Position numbers and translations under genes: made by a program
The notes under the pieces: model-generated
The model's database searches: none
What the model saw: the letters and a program-made list of their open reading frames with translations, nothing else
What the model was told of the DNA's origin: nothing
Part shown: in pieces, positions 18,854 to 30,800 of the stretch
How positions within the stretch are numbered: position 1 is the stretch's first letter
How the letters are laid out: every line of letters begins with the position of its first letter
Virus record (IMG/VR): IMGVR_UViG_3300025137_000027
Coordinates: 1 to 64,000 of that record
From: a virus
Length of the DNA: 64,000 nucleotides
Strand: one strand, 5' to 3'

Positions 18854-21800
18854 ATGGCGGAGGAAAATCAAGAGCCGGTCAACCTGGGCGATCTAGGTAC
18901 GGCATCATCCTCAGACATTCGCAAAGCTTTAGAAGGACAGCCTAGTCCTGTAGAAGCGAAGGATGCTGTTGACTCGGAAACACCAACTGAAACCCCTGAT
19001 GCACCACCTGCATCTCCGGGTCAGGACATTACAGGGTTTCTTACAAACAGCAGTAACAATATTGTCCAGAAGGAGAACGGCAGCTTTAAGTTTATAAATC
19101 CTTACGATAATAACTTAGATGTTGACTTAGATCAGTTTGAAACTCAGCGACGTCGAGTATCGGAAGGTAGCGCGTTGTCAGGCATTTTAAACGGGGTAGA
19201 AGGGCTTGAAGAAAGCTTTACTTACACTAGCTTAGAAGACACTGCAAAACGCAGTCAGGAGGCTCAAGGCGTCATCAATAAGATGAAGAATGGGATGACT
19301 CAGCTTGTAGCAGATACAGGTATAAATGTTGCTCAAGGTTTTGGCGCATTGCTTTACGGAGTTCCTAGTGCTATAGCGAATGGCGACATCACAAAACTGT
19401 ATGATAATTCTTTAGCTAATAACTTAGATAAAGGCACAGAGTTTTTAGACGAGTTCTATAAGATAAAACGAGGGGGTGACCAGAGTAAGGGTCAGAAGGT
19501 AGCTAACTTTTTATTTGATGACTTAGCGGGCGGTGCAAGTTTTGTAATGGGTGCTATTGCTACAGAAATGGCATTTAGTGCTCTTACTGCTGCAACTTTT
19601 GGAGGAGCTGCTCCTGCGCAAGCTGCAGTTACTGCAGGTCTTGTGGCTCGAGGTACGCGGTTAGCTCAAAAAACTTTACAAGGAGGGAAGGCTTTAATAT
19701 CAGGTAGCCTAGTAGACGATGCTTTACGGGCTAGTAGATCTTTAGGAGCTGCAGCTACTAGAGAAGGTGCGGCTTCTGCTTTGCAAGCTGCGGCTCAAAC
19801 TGCGCGTACTCCGATGGCGCTTCAAGCAGCAGCACGTGTAGGACGTCAGCTTATTACAGGCGCTTCAATGGAGTCTGGTATGGAAGCAAGACACATGCTC
19901 AATGCTTCAGTTGAGAACCAAAAACAACAGTATGAAGAACTAAACGGTAAAGGTTCTTTTTCTGAGGAGATGGCAGGAGACTTTCGAGAGGAAATTAGCG
20001 GGTATGCAGACGGTGTTTTCGGGGCTAATATGGCTTTGGTAGGAGCGTCTAACATGTTGATGTTTCCAAAACTGTTTGGGGTAGGGTTACGCAAAGGAAT
20101 GTCTACTTCAAAGTTTATTGATACAAGTAAACTTTCTCAGAAAGCACGGGCGCGATTGGCTAAAAATCTAGGAGTAGTAGAAGGCAAGCTTCCGCGTCTT
20201 GTAGATGCTGCAAGAGGGAACACTCTAGGGCGTATAGCGGGTCGCACTGGGACTGTAGGACGTGTAACTGCTGCCAATACTAAGAATGCTTTGTATGAAG
20301 GTTTTATCGAGGAAGGTGGGCAAGGAGCTATCAGTCGTTCGACAGAGGATTACATATCGAAACGCTATGACCCAAAAGGCGTAAAGGATACTGTACGGTT
20401 TGCAGACAGCTTTTTAGAGGGACTTAAAGGCAGCTACACGACCAAAGACGGCTTTAAGGAAATTGGCATTGGTATGCTTCTAGCATTTACAGGTGTCCCT
20501 ATGTATGCCCGTAATCAAAGTACTACTCCGTCTTCTAATAGTGAAACGGCTGGAAAGCCTGAGAAGAAGTGGAAGTGGCAAATGATGGGAGGGTATGCAG
20601 ATCAACGGAAAGCACTCATAGCGCGGGATAAAAAAATGGACGCTATTATGAACCTGTCTGAGAAGCACGGGGATGTAGGCGGCATACTGCGGGCAGAGAT
20701 AGCAAATATGAATAGACAAAATGTTTTGCAAAAAGAGCAAGACGCGTCTATTCAAGAGGGCCGATTCAAAGAAGCCAAAGATGCGGAAGCTGAAATGATT
20801 TTTTCTCATGCCGCAACTAAAGTCGTTACTGGTCGGTATGAGCAATCTATTGCTGAAGCTCAGCAGATTATGGACGAGATGTCAGACGAGGAGTTGCGGG
20901 AACAGCTAGGCCCTTCTGCAAAAAACATGACAGAAGAAGACTTGCGTGCCCACCGCAATAAAGCCATGGAAACTTACCGGTCTAGAATGGATCGGGCTAG
21001 GCAGGCGTATGATAGGGCAGGTACAGTGTACAGAGGAGAAGATGCAGACATCCATACGGGAGTCGCTCATATGCTTTATATGACTAAGGAGAAGGATGCA
21101 CGTGAGAAGAGTATTGCGGGAGAGATTGCAGATGCAATTGAAAATATGAATGAAGGTGATGTTCTTGATCTTGTCCGTATGCAGGCAGATTTAAACATGA
21201 CTGAGAGCACGACTAATTCATTTTTAGACCTTATTAATAAATATCAAAATATTGATAAACAGCTTAATACAAAGCTGGAACGTAAGATTATAAAAAACAT
21301 TGACCCGGAAAAAGCTGACCAACGTCAAAAAGATATTGCTAGCGCTCAACAAGCTCGGGAAATACTGGCGGAACAAATGGAAACTATGCTGGAGACTATG
21401 GCTACAGCACAGAATGTCGAACGAGGTAAGTACGACTTTGACCTTAGCACATTCGATCGTTTAGGAGACTTACATAGAGCGATTAGACGTCAACAAGGGG
21501 TCGAGTTTCAAGAGGCGGATCTAAAGGCTTTGTTTGAGGACATGTATGCCGTAGCACAGGACCGTCTAAATTTAATTGGTAACTATAACGACTTTATTAA
21601 ACCTGGAGGTGTTGAGCGTTTTGAATCTAAGATGATTGGTTCTATAGAGCGTTTAGCAAAGATGTCTCCTGAGCAGCGTCAAGAAGCTCGTCAACAAGCG
21701 GCAGCCGAAGAAGATGCTGATGCTGATTCTGCGGTAGCAGAAGAGATAGTAAAGGCGGAAGAGGCAGCTACAAAACAGGCTTCTTCACCCCAAAATCCAG

Positions 21801-24800
21801 GTTCTAATCCCCCTCAAGCTCAAGATGGAGGAGGAGAGTTTAGCGTAAATCAAGCTCCACAACAGGTTGTTACTGAGCCGGGCATTGGGTTTCCTGAGCC
21901 AGCAGGGTATACTGGGGATGTGCCGACTGCTCCCGCTAATGTGGAACTTCGCGAGACACTGCCAGGAGAAAACCCTACACGTAATACGGTAGTCTCTGAC
22001 GTGACAACAGTACAATTTCAATTTACAAATGCGAATAATAGTACAGAGGAAAATAAAGGTAGTACGATTAATGACAAGTACTTAGCCGGACTAAAGAAGG
22101 TTATTGCAGGGCTACCTATAGGCACTGTAATAGAAGCTAGAGAAGGAGAATCTAATGGGAGAATTGCACTACGAGCAGATAAAACTCTTTTAGCAGACAT
22201 TAAAATTCAAGAGTTTTCTCAAGAGGTGCAAGCGGAGTTAAGGCTGGGAAAGACAGTCGCACTAGTAACAACATCAGAAGTTAGTCGAGGCTTTGTGGGA
22301 GGCGAAACACTTTGGGAAAACAATAATGGAGTAAGGGTTAGCGCGAATCAGAAAAACGACTTTCCAACAGAGGACTTAGTTAGAGAGGTATTACCGAATG
22401 GTGTAGAAGATATCAAAGGCATGAATTTAGTGCCTTCTAATTCTAACAATTTACTGCCTATAGCAGGGGTAGAATCTATGGGGATTCCTGGTGAAATGGT
22501 TACGGATCCAAAGTTTGCAGGTAATTTATTGGTTTCTACTGTAGATGCTTTAACTAAAGAAGAAGCGTATCACTTTGTGGAACTCTCGCCAATGACATAC
22601 GAAAGTTCTACCCAATTGGTAGACTTAGTAGATGCATTTAATCAATTTGTTCTTAGCCCAAACTCTATGAGTCCTAGTCAAAACGATCTTCTTAGAAAGT
22701 TCGCAGAGGCTTCACAAATAGATTTGCAACAACCCGCAGACGAAGTTTCTAAGGCTGTTGCGTTAAAACTTCGACGGATTATACAGGGCGCAGAGTTCTT
22801 AAGTGAGCAAACAAAGAAACTAAAAAATAACCCTAGGATTAAAAGGCCGTTACTTGCTGTGGAGCCTTTGGGTTCAGGGAGGGACGGAATTACTTTGGTG
22901 GCTTTACTGCAAGGAGATACGTATTATTCCCATGACAAAGAGGGGAATCGACAAGGCCCCGGTGCGGAAGCTATTGCAAGTTTTATAACCAAGCGTCCTG
23001 CAAACGTTACTCAAGAAGGCACTACAGTGTACCCAGATGGTAAAGGGAATTTTGATGTTTTTTCTACTTTGGAAATGGTCCAGAAGCAAGGAAAATTTGT
23101 GTATCGTGCGCCTTTTGTAGTAGACGGCAAAATTTATAACCGGCAATTTGCAAAGGTAGAGCTAAGCATGAACCCTTTGGTTCCTGTTCCTACTAAATTT
23201 AAAAGATTAGAAGAGACACCCGAACCTGCTGGCAATACATCTTCTGAGGTTGTAATTGAAAAAAATACGCAGTTTGATCCAGGCAACTATGATCCGAATA
23301 AGTTTGGTCTTGACGCAGACTACTTGCCATCTAGTTCCCAAGAGAGTACCGACCCAATGGAACGCGCAGGGGCTTTGTATGAAGTTCCAGGACTGACTTC
23401 TCGTCAGTTGCGTGACGGGATTAACTTCAGTACAGGAATGATGGCACGAGCGTTTTCTACTCACATTCGAACGAAAGACCGCAGTGTACCTATTTCAAGT
23501 GATTACCTGCGACGTTATGTGAAAGCCAACTTAGAAAATAATCTTGCATACTATAAGTCTCTTAAACAAGAGGGCTTTACTGTGAAAGTAGTTGAAGCAC
23601 ATGAAGCCTATCTCAGCTCTGAAAACTTCAATCCTTTAATGGATTTGGCTATGGTTGAGCTGCTGCAACAAGCAAAAGACACAGTCGTAGGTCAGGGCGA
23701 TTTGAATAAGGCGCTCGAAAACATCCGGGATAGAGCGGCAAATTCTGAAATGTTAGATGATGCAGAGCAAGCTGAACGGGATGCAAATCCTATGGCTGCG
23801 TTTGATGAAAACTTTGCTTTTGGAGTAAACCCTAAAAGCACTTTGCGGTTAGAGTCTAAGCTTTTGCTTATGGGCTTAGTCGATGAGCGTGGTACAACCG
23901 GGAAGTCTTTTGGTCTAGCTGGACGTAAATTTTTGAACAACACAGATCTTTTAGATAAGCTATCTGCTGTGCTTGCAGGTGTTGCGCCTAGCTATATTAA
24001 AGTTAAAGAACGCTTAAAAAAATACACTAAGACTTATCCTCAGTTTCAGTCTGTTCTAGATATAATGACGGATACTTATGCAATTAATAGCATACCTCCG
24101 GGTTTAAAAGCAACCTCTACTGCTAAAGAGTACGCTGAAATTCAAAACCGTGCTTTGTCTGTCCAAGACATGATTCGCAACCAGTTTGTAGTCTTTGCAA
24201 ACAAAGAGGTTACAACTTATGACTCGGTTAAAATTGTAGACGTTACTGCTACACAAGCAAGGGACATCCAAATTTGGAACAGCAACTCCCGTAATATGCG
24301 GGAGCATGCAGGAAACGATATTCGTTCAGCTTTGATTGAACAAGAGTTCTTTGATCTTGATGGTGCGATTAATAAGCCGAAGTTTAAAAACCTTTACGAT
24401 CAAATCGTAGGAATTTCTGAGTTGCCAGAATCAGACCAAGCTGCTAAATTTTCTTTAATTCTTGAAGATGAATTAAATATTTCAGTAACGCCTGATGCTT
24501 TAACAAGTAAAAACTTGACGGACAATGAAAAGGGTGATAGAATATTTCTTGGGGTAGAAGATGCATTAAGGAAAGGAGAAGCGGGAACTGCTGGGATTGT
24601 GGGGCGTTTTAAAACAGCCTTAAAAGATTTAAGCACGTCAGATTTAACTTTAGAAGAAGCATTAAGCTCTGGGTCACAAGCGGGTCGAGCGGTAAAAGAC
24701 TTTTTTGTAGGGTTAGCGGATTACCGTGAAAACTTTATTCAAAAAAGTAGTAAAGACGGGGACAATAAAACTCGGTATCAATACAGTGCGCCTAAACTGG

Positions 24801-27800
24801 TGCATCAGATGCTAAGAGAAATCAAGACAGCAGCTGTAGAAAATCCAGCTTCGGTTCTTTTAGGAAAGCGTTTTGCACAACTTAGCGCAGAAAACCGTCG
24901 CTTGATTGAGTTGACTTACTTAAGTGGCATTAAAAAGGGAAATAAAGGAAAGGAACGAAACTTTCACGGCATGCAAGTGGGTGACAATGTTTTAGCCCAA
25001 CTTGCTTTTTACGGCAATCGAAACACATATAAACAGCGGGATGCAAACGGGGAGGCTATAATAATATCAAAATTTTTGATGCCTACCCTAGCTGATAAAC
25101 AAACAATGCCGATTTTGCAAGCCCCTGCTTTAAGTGCTAAGCAGGCTGGTGTTGTTTTAAACGAAGAGGTATCTGAAAAGTCTTGGAAGACTCTAACGTT
25201 TAAAGACGTAGTGCCTAACGTAGCTGGTGCTTATGAAACAATTCTTAAAGACAGCGTTGATCTTGAGATAGATCGTATTATGCGTATCCAAGCGGGAAAT
25301 ACAGAGGGCATGACTGCAGCTCAACGAGTAGCAGTAGGATTTGTAATGGTTCCTTCCTTAAACGGAGTAGCTGAAACCTTTATGGAAGGTAAAATCAAAC
25401 GCGCGGACTTCCGAGCAGAAATTCATAGCAAAGCAGTAAGGGTATTTGAAGAAGCGATGAACGAAGATATGCAGCACATGCTTCGTGAGACAGAGGGTAC
25501 TATCTGGAATCCTACAGATAAAGAGGGGGTTGAAACTATAGGTGAGCTATTTCACTTTAACGGGTCTAAAAAGAAAAGTCCTGTTAAGGTTCATGTTGCT
25601 CCAACAGCTAATCTTCAAAAAGGAGGCAGGCACATAGTAGCATTTGTAGCGTTTTTAGCTAAGTATGCTATGGATAGCATGAACGTTCGGACAAGTGTTA
25701 TTATGGACACTATGGGAGATCCTGGGGCATTTGTAAAAACAGATAAAGAGACTGGTAAAATTAAACCTGCAAAAACTGCTACTAATTTAGGAAAGCGGTT
25801 TGCATCTCTTATTGCCCCTGGCGCGGCAATACCCTATGTCACATACAATAATCGAAAAGGTATTCCTGTAGATAGCCAAAAGGTAAACTTTCTGGTTATC
25901 CCTGCTCGCGTAGTATCTAAAGCCGGGCATTATGAATACTTGAAAAAGATAGGACAGTCTGCAGATGAATTGTCTATGCAGGAAAATTACGATAGCGCAG
26001 ATGCTGCAGAGTATACAACTGTGGAAGAGCATCTGGGTATACTCTATGCGAAAGGTGAAATAACTCGTCTGGAAATGGACGATGTTTTAAGTAAAATAGC
26101 AAACAACATAAAGCTAACCAATGAGCTAGATTGGTTTCAACCCATGAAGCCGGTAACTACTGCGCGTGTGGGGGATCATATGCTTTATGTTAAGAGTGCA
26201 GCCTTCCCGTTAGTGCCTCAACTTACTCAAGGGACAGAGCTAGACAAGCTACGGGTATTTATGGAGACTAATAATGTCCAACGTGCTGCTTACGACAGTG
26301 CTGTAAAGTTGGGCAACGAGTGGTCGGATGTTAATGACACGTTAGCTACTGAAGCCCAAAAAATGATTCCGGTTCACGTAGGAGACACGGTTGAAATTAA
26401 TGTAGACGAGTTAAAAAAGCGTGTTATAACTGGCGTCGATCGTAAGTACATGCGGATACAACAGGAAGTCCCGAGCAGTACTACAAATGAGAAGGTTCAC
26501 GGATCGCAGGTAGCTAAATTGCTTCTAGTTGATATAATCAGTTCTAAATTTATTTTAAATGGAGAATCGGTAAAAGGGGCTAAGATGTATCAGGCTTACT
26601 TGAAGGCTCGTAGGGAAGAGCAAAACGCTCGTTTAGAAGTATTTGCTGCTCGATACGGGATGGAGTACGATAGCGACACGGGTATATCGCACACTCCAGA
26701 GTCAAGGAAGAAGTTTGCCGAGCGTATAACTGAAGAAGGTGTTGACCGTTCCTATGATGCTAACGAATTAGCGCATCTTTACTTTGACCAGGAAACAGTA
26801 CGTTTCTTGACACCTTTAGAGGCAGGCCCAAGTTCAGAACGCATTGAAAACCTCGTCAAAAGTATAATTTTTAAGGAAGTATACGAGCCGAGTATAGAGG
26901 GCTTTAGTGGACCTATACGACCGGAGGTAGGCATTAAGTCTATTGACGAGGATTTAGTTAATAGCGGAGACATTATGTGGGTTATGAAAGGAGGCGTGCG
27001 TCTCTTTGATGGCAATAAACTGAAGGTTGCTCAGGAAGGGCAGATGGATCAGATTATCATGCCTTGGAAATACAAAGCCAGTCTTGAAAAATATATGGAT
27101 GATGATGGCAATATCAATGCTGATGACTTACCTCCAGAGTTGCTCAAGGCTTTTGCCTATCGTATTCCAAATCAACGAAAGAGTTCTTCTGCTGCATTCG
27201 AAATTGTAGGGTTCTTGCCCAAGAGTTACGGAGATACCTTAATTGTTAATGAAGAGCTGGTAGGACGTATTGGACAAGACTACGACATCGATAAGATGTT
27301 TGGGTTCTTGTATTCAATTGAACAAACAGAGGATGGTTCTATAGAGGTTATTAGGAGCGAAGAGAAAGCTAGTGCGCAACGACGGGTTGCGGCTGCACGC
27401 AACGAACAAGTTGATATCTATCTCGCCTCTATGGACCCTCAGGACAATGCGGTTGAAAAGGCTATACACGCTCCTGTAACAGACGGCTATGCGGTAGCGT
27501 TAGCAGATCAGATGGATGGACTACTGCATGATGATGCAGTTTTGGGGCTACCTATGAGCCAGTCCTATAACTCTCGTAAAGCAGATGCAGCTCGAAGTGC
27601 GAAAAGTTCTATTGGAGTATTTGCAAAACAGCATGTTCTTCACGCGCAACTTCAACAGTCTCTTGAAACAAGAGGTTACGGAGGTATTAGTTTTCGAGAG
27701 GGAGAGTTTATTACAATTCTTTCAAGCCCAAATGCGAAGAAACCTACAGAGAATATAGCTTTAGGGAACATAGGAATTCATGACGCAGACTTTAAACTTG

Positions 27801-30800
27801 AGTATAAAAATCCTCCAGCAGCAGGCAACCGTAGCGATCAGTTTAGCCGATTGTTAAATCATTCTGTAGATAACGAAAACAACGGGTTGTTAAGCAAGCT
27901 AGGAATTACACAAGATACTTGGCCTGTATGGACTGGCTTAACGCATATGGGGTACAACCAAGAGACTATAGCTTTTCTTGTAGCTATGCCTGCAGTTCAA
28001 CAGTACTTAGCTTTAAAGAAAAAGACGGGACGTTTAGCTAGTACAGGAAGTACTATAAAAATTAGTACGCTGATAGCACAGGAAATAACAAAGCTGCAGG
28101 GAGATTCTAAAAATCCTATAGATATTAAGACTTTACCAGAGTTAGATAAGGAGTCTATGCTGGATATTATTAAAGGCGCGTCTGAGAAAAGTGAGAGAGA
28201 AATTTCTCAAATGAATCTGAGAGCTTTACTAGCTGTTGAGAAGCTAGAGGTTATGGGTAGAGATCTGAGTCGTGTACAAAACTTTATGGGCTTAGACACT
28301 AACCGACCAAAAACATTAATTGGATTGCAGGTGGCTTTGTCTAAAATGAAAAACCCTCAAAGTGACAAAGAAGGGACTACATTCTCTGTACTAGACGCTG
28401 TATCAGCCGCAGACATGACAGTTTCAGGGCAGATTTCGAATCTAGTTAAAAGGACTGCAACAGGCTTGTTGAATATTCAAAATAACCTGCTGCCGCAAAA
28501 TATTATTTCGTCTTTAGTAACTGATTTTGAAAAAGCAGGTCTAACTCAATCTGTAGAAGAATCTATTGGTGACTTGATAAAAGGTGTCAAGAGTTACAAT
28601 TACTCTTTGTTTACAGCTAAACTAGCGGGTAGGAGTGCAGAAGAAGTAAGAGCAGAAGCTCACAATCTTGAGACGGGCGGTATTGCAACTCTTTTAATTG
28701 AGGCACGTCAGAATCCTGAAATAGCTAATAATTCTTTTATTAAGCAGTTGATTGCTGTAAAGGCACCAGGTTCATACCCACACCTAGAGTTTCCAGGAGA
28801 CCGAGAGCTAGAGGGAAGTTCTACAGAACTACATCGAGGCTTTTTAAGTTTACTACGTAGTGCTGATCCTGAAGTAAAGAAGTTTGGGGAGTACTTGGTT
28901 GTATATGCTTTGGCTACTAGTGGAGGTAAACTCAAAGCAAGAGGCTATTTAAAGTATGTTCCGGCAGAATACTTACAATCTAAAGGGCTAGGAGATATTG
29001 TCAATATTCCTAATATTGCTGAAAGCGTGTCTACTGATAAAGTCATAACTGAGGTAATTCGTCATAATGATACTTTAGCTCCTTACTACAACAGTAAGGC
29101 AGACGCGGGCATATTTACCTCTAACGAAGTATTACACCTAGACGTTGAAGCAGCATCCTTTAGAGGGCACGTTCGTGTTAAGAATGCTTTATATGCTCCT
29201 TCTGATACTATGGGGCGCATGGTTAGACATAAAGGAAAAGACGTTGAAGCTATTCCTTTGATACTGGTGAGTAAATTAGGCGATTATTTGACAGATGAGT
29301 ACACGTCAGATTTTCAGCCAGCTAATAAGAAACCTATAGTTAAGAGTCTAAAAGGTAATACTACAGCTCCAGCACCTGATGCGCCTCCCCAAGGAACTAT
29401 GGATCAAAGCTATGAACCAACCCGTAACGTAGCGGAAGAGTACGACCCAAATTTTAATCCGGTTGTTCCCATGAATATGGGTTTGTCGGGTAAGGTTAAT
29501 GATGAGATAGTCCGGTCTGAGAATCCAAACAAAATGCCAATGGGCATTAAGGAGTTCTTAAAAGTTTCTGAGTTACGTAATAACCCTTTTATACAAGAGT
29601 TAGCGCAGACTCAAGAATCGTTACAACCTGAAGATAGAGTTACGGTAGTTGTTAGTGAGGACTTGCCAGGAAAGGGTATGTATAATGCTGGTACTAATAC
29701 TGTTACTATTCGTCAGGATATGGTAAACGATATTCGTACTGTAACTCATGAGTTGGTCCACGCATTTACAAGCCTATCTATTAAGGTAGCGCAAGGCAAG
29801 GCAAAAATATCTGACCCTAACAAAAAGGCTAAGATGGTAGCTGCAGTGAACGAGCTGCAAAAACTTCTGAATATTGCACGTACTCCAGAGTCCTTGCAAA
29901 AGATGGGATTAACTTTTGCGGGTCAACAACAATCTGCAAGAGGCTACAGGGCTTTTAAGAATCAGAGAGATGGAAAGGCCTTGACTGCAGAAGAGCAGCT
30001 TGATTTGGATTTCTTCAAAGAAAACTTAGATAAGTACTATGCTTTTGTAAGTCTAGAAGAGTTCGTAGCGGAGTCTTTTTCTAATAAAAAGTTTGCTGAG
30101 AGGATTGCAAAGCTTTCTTTGAATAGAAATGAAACCTTTATCGATAGGTTTATGCAGGCTGTAAATAAAGCGTTAATCGCTTTAGGCATAAACTTTGGTA
30201 AGGACACTAAGTTCTTAAAGGAGATTTACACGCTGAGTATGGGAATCGTGGACATCCAAACAGGAGGTCAGATTGGGTTGATTCCCGGGCAAGAGATAGC
30301 GTCTAGTGATTTGATTGACGCAGTTACGGCTGTGGATGTAGGGGGACAAAACCTACAAGGACTAGATCAGATGAAGGACTACAAGGAGAAGCGTATCCGA
30401 CAGTTTGAGGAACTTAAGAGTCGGTATAACACTAATAGGGAGTTTGTACGGAGGGTGGAAGCTAGGCTGGTACAAGAGCGTAAGGATTTGAAGGTGCTTA
30501 CTGATGATAGTGTAGAGATAACGCCTGACTACTTCCTGGCTGTTGGTCAAAGAGAACTTGATTTTGCTCGTAGGACTATCGAGAACGTTGACTCTACCGA
30601 CCCGCAGATTACCATGGCTCTGAGTGCTCTAGAGAATATTTATAGTGTGGTCGAGTTCTACGATAAGAGTAGAGAGATTTTGAAAGATCCTGCGCTGTTA
30701 GATGTTGCTACTGCGCTACGTAGGGAAGCATCGGAATTGAAAGATAATTATTTGGATAAGGCTCGGGACATAACACGTCGTGGTGCTAGACAAGAATTAG